From Mobula hypostoma (lineage: Eukaryota): a DNA stretch of 64,000 bases. Positions 52,981 to 64,000 of the stretch are shown piece after piece. How positions within the stretch are numbered: the stretch's first letter is position 1; each line of letters begins with the position of its first letter. Location: assembly GCF_963921235.1 (NCBI RefSeq), contig NC_086097.1, positions 243,352,001 to 243,416,000 of the forward strand. Direction: 5' to 3'. The notes beneath the pieces were generated by a model. The model was not told where the DNA came from, searched no databases, and saw only the letters and a list, made by a program, of their open reading frames with translations. Position numbers and translations under genes: made by a program.

Positions 52981-54104
52981 ATGACTCTAAGATTTTATGA
53001 CTCCCATTGACATCAATGGATCTGGGGTTGAGAGGGTGAACAGCTGTAAGTTCCTCAGTATACACCTCACTAAGGATCTCTTGTGGCCTGTACATACCGG
53101 CTGTGTGGTGATAAAGGCAAAACAGCATCTCTTTCACCTCAGACAGTTGAAGAACTTTGATATGGGCCCCCAAATCCTAAGAACTTTCTACAGGGGCACA
53201 AATGAGAGCATCCTGACTGGCTGCATCACTGCTTGGTATGGGAATTGTACTTCCCTTAATCGCAGGACTCTGCAGAGAGAGGTGCAGGCAGCTCAGGGCA
53301 CCTGTAGACGTGAACTTCCCACTATTCAGGACATTTACAAAGACAGATGTGTTAAAAAGGCCCAAAGGATCATTAAGGACCCGAGTCACCCCAACCACAA
53401 ACTGTTCCAGCTGCTACCATCCGACAAACAGTACCACAGCATAAAAGCCAGGACCAACAGGCTCCGGGGCAGCTTCTTCCACCAGGTCATCAGACTGATT
53501 AATTCATGCTGATACAATTGTATTTCTATGCTATATTGACTGTCCTGTTGTACATATTATTTATTACAAATTACTATAAATTGCACATTCAGACAGAGAT
53601 GTAGCATAAAGATTTTTACTGCTCGTGTATGTGAAGGATGTAAGAAATAAAATCAGTTCTATTCAGTTCATCCAATTCCATCATCCAGGCCATGCTCTCT
53701 TTTCACTGCTGCTATTGGGAAGGAGGTACGGGATCCTTAGGTCCCTCACTACCTCGTTCAGGAACAGATATTACCCCTCAGCCATCAGGCTCCTGAACCA
53801 GCGTGGATAAAGTCACTCATCTCAACTCTGAACTGATTCTGCAACCTACAAGCTCAGTTTTAAGGACTCTACAACTCACATTCTCAGAATTTGCCTTTGT
53901 TTGTCTTCCGTTGTTTGTTAGTCTTTGTTTATGCGTAGTTTTTCATAAATTCCACCGTATTTCTTTATTTGCTTGTAAATGGCTGCAAGGAATTGAATCC
54001 CGGGTTGTAAATGGTGACATGTACATACTTTCATAATAAATTTTCTTTGAACTTTGATCCAACCACATAAAGTTGAATGGTTTCTTCCTGTCATGTGATG
54101 TGCT

Positions 54105-54315
54105 GCTTAGCAACAGCGCTCTTGACTCCAAATCACAAATCTGTGGCTTCAAGTCCAATTGAGAAGTAAATCCTTAGAATAACATTCCATGCAATGCTCA
54201 GGGGCAACAATACAGTCAGAGGACACATTTTACAAACAAGCTGTTAAAGTAGGGTCCCATCTGCCTACCCACACCAATGAGAAACGCCCTGTGGCAGCCT
54301 TGTTATAGGAGCAAG
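54105..54315 (+). mobile_element. Highly diverged Deu-domain SINE (SacSINE1-like)
   Basis: agcgctcttgactcc...tgtggcttcaagtcc head, then ctgttaaagtagggtcccatctgcc and ccctgtggca...ggagcaag, colinear with my recollection of Deu-SINE consensus. Confidence 0.5.
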
Positions 54316-55084
54316 TAAGCTGCCAAGTTCAAAGTTCAAAGTAAATTGATTATCAAGGTACACATGTGTCACCATATACAACTCGGAGATTCATTTTCTT
54401 GCAGGCATACTCAATAAATCCAAAGAATAATAACCATAACAGAATCACTGAAAGACCGCCCCAACACAAGCGTTCAACCAGTGTGCGAAAGACAACAAAC
54501 TGTTCAAATATGAAAAGAAAGAAATAATCATAAAAATAAATAAGCAGTGCATGTTGAGAACATGAGATGAGATGAACGTGAGTCCATAGGTTGTGAGAAC
54601 AGTTCAGTAGCAGTGTGAGTGAAGCTATCCCACCTGGTTCAAGGATCGTAACTGTTCCTGAACGTGGTGATGTCACTCTGAGGTTCCTGTACCTTCTTCC
54701 TGATGACAGCAGCAAGAAGACAGCATGGGCTGGGTGATGGTGGTCCCTGACGATGGATGCCACTTTCCCGCTGTGACGTTTCGTGCAGATGTACACAGTG
54801 GTGGGGTGGGCTTTATTCTCGATGGATTGGGCTGTATCCACTACTTTTTGTAGGATTTTCCATTCAGGGGCATTGGTGTTCCACACCAGACTGATATACC
54901 TTCCATGACACACCGATAGAAGTTTCTCAAAGTTTTAGATATCGTGCAGAATCTACGCAAACTCCTATGGAAGTAGACGCGTTACCATGTTTCCTTTGTA
55001 ATTGTCTCCCCCCACATTCAAGCCCAGGAATTTAGTTTAAATCTCATCTGTTTGCATTTTGGATCCATGACTTTTCATCAAAAG

Positions 55085-55485
55085 CACATGAGATTCTGCA
55101 GGTGCTGGAAATTCAGAGTAACACACACAAAATGCTGGAGGAACTCAGCATGTCGGATATGCAGGGGAATAAATAGTCGACGTTTCAGGCCAAGAGTCTT
55201 CATTAGGACTGGAAACGAAGACACCAGAATAAGAAGGTGGTGGGAAGGGGAAAGGAAAGGGGAAGGGGAAGGGGAAGGGGAAGGGGAAGGGGAAGGGGTT
55301 CAAGCTAGCAAGTGGTAGGTGAATCCAGGTGAAAAGGAATTTGGGTGGGTGGGTTGGGGAGGTATGAGATGAGAAGCTAGGAAGTGATAGGTAGAAGAGG
55401 TAAAGGGCTGAAGAAGAGGAAATGTGATATGAGATGACAGTAGACCATTGGAGAAAGGGGGAGAGGAGGGGCATCAGAGGGAGCT
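55085..55485 (-). mobile_element. Penelope terminal repeat with hammerhead-like motif (55175-55210) and expanded (GGGGAA)n tract (55245-55298)
   Basis: Minus strand agtc CTAATGA agactcttggcct GAAAC GTC gact; related copies at 44290-44645(+), 45015-45440(-), 45697-45826(-), 45845-45978(-). Confidence 0.75.
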
Positions 55486-55834
55486 AAAAGTCTCCATGCC
55501 CCCATTCTAACAACTTCCTTGACAGGACACCATCAAGAGTGCCCTGTCTGGTTGCATTTTGTGAGGTACGGAACTTCAAGGCATCGCAAGATCCTCCAGA
55601 GGACAGTAAGTACAAACAAGAGAATTATCAGGGTCTCCTTCCCCTGCTCATTTACCAGGAGCATTGCAGACGAAGGGCCTGAACTATTGCTGAGGATCCC
55701 TACTGCCCATCCCCAATCTCTTTGACCAACTACCATCAGGAAGGAGGTTCAGAAGCATCAGGACTAGGACTGCCAGACTGGGTAACAGCTCCTTCCCTCA
55801 GGCTGTGAGACGAACGAATACTCTGCCACGGCTG

Positions 55835-57710
55835 GCCAAAGTCAAAGTCAGTATGGTTTCTGTGAAGGGAAATCTGTCTGACAAATCTGTTAGAGTTCTT
55901 CGAGGAAGTAACAAGCAGGGTGGACAAAAGAGAGGCAGGGATATCATTTACTTGGATTTTCAGAAGGCATTTGATAAGGTGCCACACATAAGGCTGCTTA
56001 ACAAGATAAAATCCTATGGCGTTACAGGAAAGATACTGGCACGGATAGATGAATCGCTGACAGGCAGGAGGGGTGAGTGGGAATAAAAGGGACCTTTTCT
56101 GGTTGGCTGCCAGTGACTAGTGGTGTTCCTCAGGGGTCAGAATTGGGACCACTGTTTTTCACATTGTTTGTCAGTGATTTAGATAGTGAAATTGATGGCT
56201 TTGTGGCAAGGTTTGCAGATGATACAAAGATAGGTCGGGGGGAGGTTGTAGGTAGTGCTGAGGAAGCAACGTGATTGCAGCAGGATTTAGACAAATTGGA
56301 AGAATGGCAAAAAAGTGGCAATTAAATACAGTGTTGGGAAATACATGATAGTGCATTTTGGTAAAAGAAACAATAGTGGAGACTATTTTAGTCATAGTCA
56401 TAGTCATACTTTATTAATCCCGGGGGAAATTGGTTTTCGTTACAGTTGCACTATTAATAATAATTAGTAATAGAACCATAAATAGTTAAATAGTAATAAG
56501 TAATTTATGCCAGGAAATAAGTCCAGGACCAGCCTATTGGCTCAGGATGTCTGACCCTCCAAGGGAGGAGTTGTAAAGTTTGATGGCCACAGGCAGGAAT
56601 GACTTCCTATGACGCTCTGTGTTGTATCTCGGTGGAATGAGTCTCTGGCTGAATGTACTCCTGTGCCCAACCAGTACATTATGTAGTGGATGGGAGACAT
56701 TGTCCAAGATGGCATGCAACTTAGACAGCATCCTCTTTTCAGACACCACCGTGAGAGAGTCCAGTTCCATCCCCACGACATCACTGGCCTTACGATTGAG
56801 TTTGTTGATTCTGTTGGTGTCTGCTACCCTCAGTCTGTTGCCCCAGCACATAACAGCAAACATGATCGCACTGGCCACCACAGACTCGTAGAACATCCTC
56901 AGCATCGTCCGACAGATGTTAAAGGACCTCAGTCTCCTCAGGAAATAGAGACAGCTCTGACCCTTCTTGTAGACAGCCTCAGTGTTCTTTGACCAGTCCA
57001 GTTTATTGTCAATTCGTATCCCCAGGTCTGAACGGGGAAAGGGTTCAAACAGCAGAGGGATTTGGGAGTCCTTGTAAAAAGCTCCCAGAAGGTTAATTTA
57101 CAGGTTGAGTCTGTGATAAAGAAGGCAAATGCATTGATGGCATTTATTTGAAGGGGAATAGAATATAAAATCAAGGAGATAATGCTGAGGCTTTATAAGG
57201 CACTAGACATAAGACACGTCCCGAGGATGATCACGAGCACGATTCAGGGAATGAAGGGGTTAACACCTGAGGAGCCCTTGGCAGCTTTGGGCCTGTCATC
57301 ACAGGAATTTAGAAGAATGCAGGGGGATCTTATTGAGACCTACCGAATGTTGAAAAGACTAGCTAGGGTGAATGAGGAGAGAATGTTTTTGATGGTGGTG
57401 ATATCCAGAACTAGAGGGATCCCCCTCAAAACTGAGGGGTGACCTTTTCGAACAGAGGTAAGGAGGAATTCTTTTAGCCAAGAGTAGTGAATCTGTGGAA
57501 TGCCCTTCCGCAGACTGTGGTGGAGGCAAAGTTTGTGGGTATATTTAAAGCGGAAGTTGATTGTTTCCTGATCGGTCAAGGCATCAAAGGATATTGCGAG
57601 GAGGCAGGTATATGGGGTTGAGTGGAATCCTGGATCGGCCATGATTGAATGGTGGAGCAGTCTTAATGGGCTGAATGGCCTAATTCTGCTCCTATGCCTT
57701 ATGGTCTTGT
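55835..57710 (+). mobile_element. CR1 RT fragment interrupted by a minus-strand Rex1/Babar copy (56390-57027)
   Basis: DFQKAFDKVPH, SGVPQGS and FADDTK motifs; CR1 sequence resumes at ctgaacgggg after the insert. Confidence 0.85.
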
Positions 57711-58714
57711 GCCTCTACTCTCTCCATATGATAAGCTGTTCAATCCTGCTATCATTTGAACTTTGAACTCTCTCCAGTGTCAGCACATCCTTTCTAAGAA
57801 AAGGGGCCCAGAACTGCTCACAAGACTCCAAGTGAGGCCTTACCTCTAATCCAGTCCTTTTGAAGTGAATGCCAACATTACATTTGCCTTCTTCACCACA
57901 GACTCACTCTTCACATCATCTGCAAAATAAAATAGTTTGGTACACCTGGAGAATGATACAGGCCACTGGGCAGACAGAAAAACAGCCTGAAAACACATAC
58001 CACCAGGCTCAAGGACAGCTTCTATCCAGCTGTTATAAGATGATTGAATGGATTTCCTGTACAATGAGCTGGAACTTTGGCCATCTACCTCAGTATGGCC
58101 TTGCACCATATTGTCCCTGCTCTGCACTTACCCTGTAAATGGTATACATTAGAATTAGAATCAGGTTTATTCTCATTATGTAGCAAAATTTGTTGTTATG
58201 CTACATAAAAATAAAGTATGTAAATTACAGTAAGAAGTATATCTATAAAGTCAAATAAACTTCAGAATCAGATTTATTATCACTGATATATGTTGTGAAA
58301 ATTGTTTTACAGCAGAAGCACATTGCAATACATACGACATACTATATCTCACAATAAGAAATAAATATTTTTTTGAAATATATGGCGCAAAAAGGCAGCA
58401 AAAATAATGAGACAGTGTTCATGGGTTCATTATCCGTTCAGAAATCTGATGGTGGAGGGGAGGAAACTGTTCCTGAGTCATAAAGTGTGTGGTTTCAGAC
58501 TCCTATCCGATGGTAGTAATCAGAAAAGGGCATGTCCTGAAGGATGGACGATGCATCGCCTATGAAGATGCCCTTGATGCTGGGGGGAGGGGGGTGGAGG
58601 GTGGGCTCGTGCCATGATGGAACTGGCTGAATATTTAACCCTCTGTAGTTTTTCCAATCATTTTCATTGCAGCCTTCACACCAGACAGTGATGCAACCAG
58701 TCAGAATTCTCTCC

Positions 58715-61700
58715 GTATGGTTTTTGATATTTTAAAGAACCCTCCTGACTCCAGGCATCTTGTTTCTAAGTTTGTATGTTTGTTTGATAATTGCACTGTA
58801 GCGTCTACTGTGAAGATTAGAGATGCCCGGAGAGAGGAGTTGGGCATTGAATTATCTGAAGCTGCCTGGGATAAGTGTTTGTCTATGATACAGGCTTGCT
58901 TTGTTAACAGCAGGCACCAACTGATCCAGTTTAAAGTTGTCCACCGTCTCCATTACTCTAAACTTAGGTTGCACAGGATTTACCCTTTGGTCTCGCCAAT
59001 GTGTGATAGATGCCAAGGGACAGAAGCCACGTTGTCACACACCTTTTGGTTTTGCCCATTACTGACTCGATTTTGGTCCAAAATATTTGACTGGTACTAG
59101 TCATAGTCATAGTCATAGTCATACTTTATTGATCCCGGGGGAAATTGGTTTTCATTACAGTTGCACCATAAATAATTAAATAGTAATAAAACCATAAATA
59201 GTTAAATAGTAATATGTAAATTATGCCAGGAAATAAGTCCAGGACCAGCCTATTGGCTCAGGATGTCTGACCCTCCAAGGGAGGAGTTGTAAAGTTTGAT
59301 GGCCACAGGCAGGAATGACTTCCTATGACGCTCTGTGTTGCATCTCGGTGGAATGAGTCTCTGGCTGAATGTACTCCTGTGCCCAACCAGTACATTATGT
59401 AGTGGATGGGAGACATTGTCCAAGATGGCATGCAACTTAGACAGCATCCTCTTTTCAGACACCACCGTGAAAGACTCCAGTTCCATCCCCACAACATCAC
59501 TGGCCTTACGGATGAGTTTGTTGATGCTGTTGATGTCTGCTACCCTCAGCCTGCTGCCCCAGCACACAACAGCAAACATGATAGCACTGGCCACCACAGA
59601 CTCGTAGAACATCCTCAGCATCATCCGGCAGAGGTTAAAGGACCTCAGTCTCCTCAGGAAACAGAGACGGCTCTGACCCTTCGTGTAGACAGTCTCAGTG
59701 TTCTTTGACCAGTCCAGTTTATTGCCATTTCATATCCCCAGGTATTTGTAATCCTCCACCATGTCCACACTGACCCCCTGGATGGAAACAGGGGTCGCTG
59801 GTATCTTAGCTCTCCTCAGGTCTACCACCAGCTCCTTAGTCTTTTTCACATTAAGCTGCAGATAATTCTGCTCATACCATGTGACAAAGTTTCCTACCGT
59901 AGCCCTGTACTCAGCCTCATCTCCCTTGCTGATGCATCCAACTATGGCAGAGACATCAGAAAACTTCTGAAGATAACAAGACTCTGTGCAGTAGTTGAAG
60001 TCCGAGGTGTAAATGGTGAAGAGAAAGGGAGACAACACAGTCCCCTGTGGAGCCCCAGTGCTGCTGATCACTCTGTCGGACACACAGTGTTGCAAGCACA
60101 CGTACTGTGGTCTGCCAGTCAGGTAATCAAGAATCTATGACACCAGGGAAGCATCCACCTTCATCGCTGTCAGCTTCTGCCCCAGCAGAGCAGGGCAGAT
60201 GGTGTTGTACGCACTGGAGAAGTCAAAAAACATGACCCTCACAGTGCTCGCTGGCTTGTCCAGGTGGGCATAGACACAGTTCAGCAGGTAGACGATGGCA
60301 TCCTCAACTCCTAGTCGGGGTTGGTAGGCGAACTGGAGGGGATCTAAGTGTGGCCTGACCATAGGCCGGAGCAGCTCCAGAACAAGTGTCTCCAGGGTCT
60401 TCATGATGTGGGAGGTCAATGCCACCGGTCTGTAGTCATTGAGGCCGCTGGGGCCTGGCGTCTTCAGCACAGGGACGAGGCAGGACGTCTTCCACAGTAT
60501 AGGAACCCTCCAGAGCCTCAGGCTCAGGTTGAATTCATGGCGAAGTACTCCACATAGCTGAGGGGCACAGGCTTTGAGCACCCTGGTACTAACACCATCC
60601 GGGCCTGCAGCCTTGCTTGGGTTGAGACGTTTCAGCTGTCTTCTCACCTGTTCAGCTGTGAAGCCCACCGTGGTGGTTTCGTGTGGGGAAGGGGTATAGT
60701 CATGAGAACAGGGTGGGGGACTGTGAGGAGGGGTAGGAGGGGAGAGTGGAATATGTGTTGGTTGGGGGCCGACAACAGATGGCTCATGTGTGGGATGGGC
60801 AGGGGCCACAATGTCAAACCTGTTAAAGAACAGGTTAAGTTCATTGGCCCTGTCCACACTGCCTTCCGCTCCTCTGTTGCTAGTTTGCCGGAACCCAGTG
60901 ATGGTCCTCATCCCCCTCCAGACCTCCCTCATGTTGTTCTGCTGGAGTTTCCACTCAAGCTTCCTCCTGTATCTATCTTTAGCCTCCCTGATCCTGGCTT
61001 TCAGGTCCCTCTGTATTGCCCTCAGCTCCTCCCTATTTCCATCTCTAAACGCCCTCTTTTTAGTGTTCAGGATGTCCTTAATGTCCTTTGTTACCCATGG
61101 CTTGTTATTTGAATAACAAAGGACAGTTCTTGTCAGAACATTGCAGTCCATACAGAAGTTGATGTAATCAGTGATGCACTCTGTGAGCCCATCAGTATCC
61201 TCTCCATGTGGCTCACAGAGTGCCTGCCAGTCTGTCACCTCAAAACAACCCTGGAGTGCCTCATAAGCCTCCTCCGATCATTTTCTCACTGTCCTCGAGG
61301 TTGCAGGTTTACTCTTCACCAGAGGCACGTAGCACGGTTTTAGATGCACCAGTTTGTGATCTGATCTCCCCAATGGGGGGAGGGGAGAGGAGCTGTATGC
61401 CTCCTTAACGCTAGCGTACATCAAATCCAGAGTCCTCTCCCCTCTGGTTGTGCAGCTCACATACCGTGCGAAGTTGGGCAGTGTTCTTGCCATGGTAACA
61501 TGGTTGAAGTCACCCGAGATGGTAATGAGGGCACTCAGGTGCTGGGTTTGTAATCTGGCTATGACGGTGTAAATGATGTTACATGCCGACGTCGGGTTGG
61601 CAGAGGGAGGGATGTACACAACAACCACAATTGCATGCGAGATTGCCCTTGGCAAATAATATGGCCGGAGTCCAACAGCAAAGAGTTCAATATCCGGGCT

Positions 61701-62156
61701 CAAAGGCCTGTAAAAAATCCTTCCCCTTGGAAGCTGGTCTCGCTATATTTGGCAGCTCCCAATCTACTATTTGTTTCCCTGCAGCCATACAACAGTCTCT
61801 GATGCTGGGGATGATTGTTGCCAGAAGACTTATCTTGATAGAATGGAAATCACCTTCTCCCCCTTCCTTTCAGAGATGGATGGCAGATATGATCTCAGTC
61901 ATACAGGCGGAGAAACCTAGGTTCTTGAGAACCAATTCAATTAAGACATTTTAGGCTATCTGGGATCCATTTCTTGCCTACCTGGACGAGGCCGGGGGCG
62001 GATGAGTAATTTCCCCCCAGCTGATTTCTCACGGCCCTCATTTGAGATTTAATGTTTAGTATTTTTGAGCACTTTTTAATACATGTCGGATCTGGTATGT
62101 TTTTGTTGATCTCATTGCTTTCTTTGGAAAATTTTGAAAATAATGTATTAAAAAAA
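58715..62156 (+). mobile_element. L1-clade 3' fragment (58715-59098 and 61701-62156) split by a Rex1/Babar element
   Basis: QFKVVHRLHY...CDRCQGTEATLSHTFWFCP...FDWY continues as SKACKK...ARRLILIEWK; A-tail; TSD agaattctctcc/agaatgctctcc inside an older Rex-type LINE. Confidence 0.85.
59099..61700 (-). mobile_element. Long young Rex1/Babar LINE (APE endonuclease C-terminal part plus RT)
   Basis: VYIPPS...SGDFN...SDH; KAAGPDG, DYRPVALT, DPLQFAY, FFDFSSAYNT, GAPQGTVLSP; (GACTAT)n tail. Confidence 0.93.
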
Positions 62157-62410
62157 AGAATGCTCTCCATGGTACATCTGCAGAAATTTGCTGGTATCTT
62201 TGGTGACATATCAAATCTCCCCAAACTCCGAATGAAATTTAGCCGCCAGTGGACCTTTTTTCATAAATGCCTCAATGTATTGATTAATAGAGATAAATAT
62301 CAACAAAAATATATAAATAGAGTTGAATATGACCCATTTGGACTATACTCAAAGTCAGTTCAAAAGCTTTTGCACCTGGTTTCCATTGCAGGTTGAAAAC
62401 AACTTGAAGA

Positions 62411-62534
62411 ATGGAAGTTGAGTGGGTGAAGAAATGTTCATTCTTGCTCATATTCCTACAATTGTACAGTCTGTCAATCCACCGCACGGCCTCTGACATT
62501 TGCTCGACTCATATCATCTTGCCGGGACCTAAAG
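62411..62534 (+). CDS. COLEC10: First coding exon of a collectin, collectin-10 (CL-L1)-like
   Basis: Acceptor tttccattgcag|G at 62391/62392, ATG at 62411. Translates MEVEWVKKCSFLLIFLQLYSLSIHRTASDICSTHIILPGPK|G with phase-1 donor AAAG|gtactg. It has a hydrophobic signal peptide, an N-terminal Cys and the start of a collagen Gly-X-Y region. ICSTHIILPGPKG resembles human COLEC10 VCATHTISPGPKG more than COLEC11 ACSVQILVPGLKG. Confidence 0.82.
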
Positions 62535-63131
62535 GTACTGGGAACATACTTCAGATAAGCATCACCTGATTAGTGGTGGAGGGATTCAGCAAATCTGACA
62601 GTACCTATCGAGAGAATTAACAGTTGAACATTTGGGCCCATTCCCTTCATTGGGACTGTATGTGTAACTCTGAATTTTCAGTAGCTGTATAATCTCTAGT
62701 GTTTAGTGTAGAATCTCTTGTGTTTAGACCATAAATTATATAGGAGCAGAATTGGACCATTTGGCCCATCGTGGCTGCTCCACCAATTCATTGTAGCTGA
62801 TCCAATTTTCCTCTCAGCCCCAGTCCCCTGCCTTCACCCCGTATCCCTTCATGCCCTGACCAGTCAAGAACCTATCAACTTCTGCCTTAAATACGCATAA
62901 AGACTTGGCCTCCACAGCTGCCTGTGGCAAAGAATTCCTCCATCAGGCTAAAGAAATTGCTCCTCATATCCATTCTAAAAGGATGTCCTTCTGTTCTGTT
63001 CTGAGGCTGTGACCCTTGGTCTTAGATTTTCCCACTATAGAAAACATTCTCTCCACACCCGCCCTATCAAGGCTTTTCACTATTCAAGAGGTTTCAATTA
63101 AGTCATCCCTCATTCTTCTGAATTCCAGTAA

Positions 63132-63788
63132 ATAGAAACATAGAAACATAGAAAATAGGTGCAGGAGTAGGCCATTCGGCCCTTCGAGCCTGCACCGCCA
63201 TTTATTATGATCATGGCTGATCATCCAACTCAGAACCCAGCCTTCCCTCCATACCCCCTGACCCCTGTAGCCACAAGGGCCATATCTAACTCCCTCTTAA
63301 ACATAGCCAATGAACTGGCCTCAACAGTTTGCTGTGGCAGAGAATTCCACAGATTCACCACTCTCTGTGTGAAGAAGTTTTTCCTAATCTCGGTCCTAAA
63401 AGGCTTCCCCTCTATCCTCAAACTGTGACCCCTCGTTCTGGACTTCCCCAACATCGGGAACAATCTTCCTGCATCTAGCCTGTCCAATCCCTTTAGGATC
63501 TTTAGAAAATAGGTGCAAGAGTAGGCCATTTGGCCCTTCGAGCCTGCACCGCCATTTATTATGATCATGGCTGATCATCCAACTCAGAACCCTGCACCAG
63601 CCTTCCCTCCATACCCCCTGATCCTTTTAGCCACAAGGGCCATATCTAACTCCCTCTTAAATATAGCCAATGAACTGGCCTCATTTCTGTGACAGAGAAT
63701 TCCACAGATTCACCACCCTTTGTGTGAAGAAGTTTTTCCTAATCTCAGTCCTAAAAGGCTTCCCCTTTATCCTCACACTGTGACCCAT
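63132..63788 (-). mobile_element. Three tandem partial copies of a young CR1 3' end (same subfamily as 36193-37272)
   Basis: 63150-63320 repeats at 63503-63683 and 63340-63430 repeats at 63690-63788; (TTTCTATG)n tail at 63132. Confidence 0.85.
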
Positions 63789-64000
63789 AACAATTCTCCC
63801 AGCTGCAATTCTAGCAAACAAGTGTCTTATTTTGACTTGACCATTTTGTAAACTTTCCTTTGCAAGGACAGAAAGCCTACTAAATCCCTTCCAGAATTTG
63901 AAAACATAATTAAGCAGGCTGACACATATTTCTAAATCAGACCATAGTTCTCTGAGTAGGGTCAAAGGTCCTTTTGGCCTGTAACTGAACACAGGTTCCA

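Noticed and set aside
55245..55298. (EG)n / (FP)n low-complexity peptide ORFs
   Set aside because: Translation of a (GGGGAA)n microsatellite inside a Penelope repeat.
60135..61703. 367-aa and 141-aa ORFs as a novel RT-nuclease system
   Set aside because: Standard APE plus RT of a Rex1/Babar LINE with stops and frameshifts.

Overview
This is vertebrate genomic DNA, overwhelmingly transposon-derived. The repeat landscape (HE1-type V-SINEs, CR1, Rex1/Babar, Penelope) suggests a cartilaginous fish, probably a ray; this is an inference. Almost every ORF in the supplied track is a transposon fragment or an antisense shadow of one. Two short host coding exons are missed by the track. The first is a plus-strand collectin first coding exon at 62411-62534 (signal peptide then ...CSTHIILPGPK|G), best matching COLEC10. 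The second is a minus-strand 10-codon phase-0 first exon at 6960-6989 (MMSFCFCTCM|gtaagt) with the architecture of TNFRSF11B/osteoprotegerin exon 1. Together they suggest the ~55 kb head-to-head TNFRSF11B-COLEC10 interval known from mammals. Between them lie nested CR1, Rex1/Babar, RTE, L1 and Penelope retroelements, SINEs, a solo LTR, and Tc1, mariner, hAT and Harbinger MITEs. Less obvious signals include about 13 decayed Penelope-borne minimal hammerhead ribozyme motifs, an AG|GTAAGT recursive-splice-like site, a 9-nt microexon or first-exon donor in a TE-free island, a mosaic MITE built from several DNA transposon families, and a Penelope-flanked micro-inversion. I see no convincing evidence of a wholly new multi-gene system. 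All family assignments were made by eye from recalled consensus features, and TE boundaries without TSDs are approximate.
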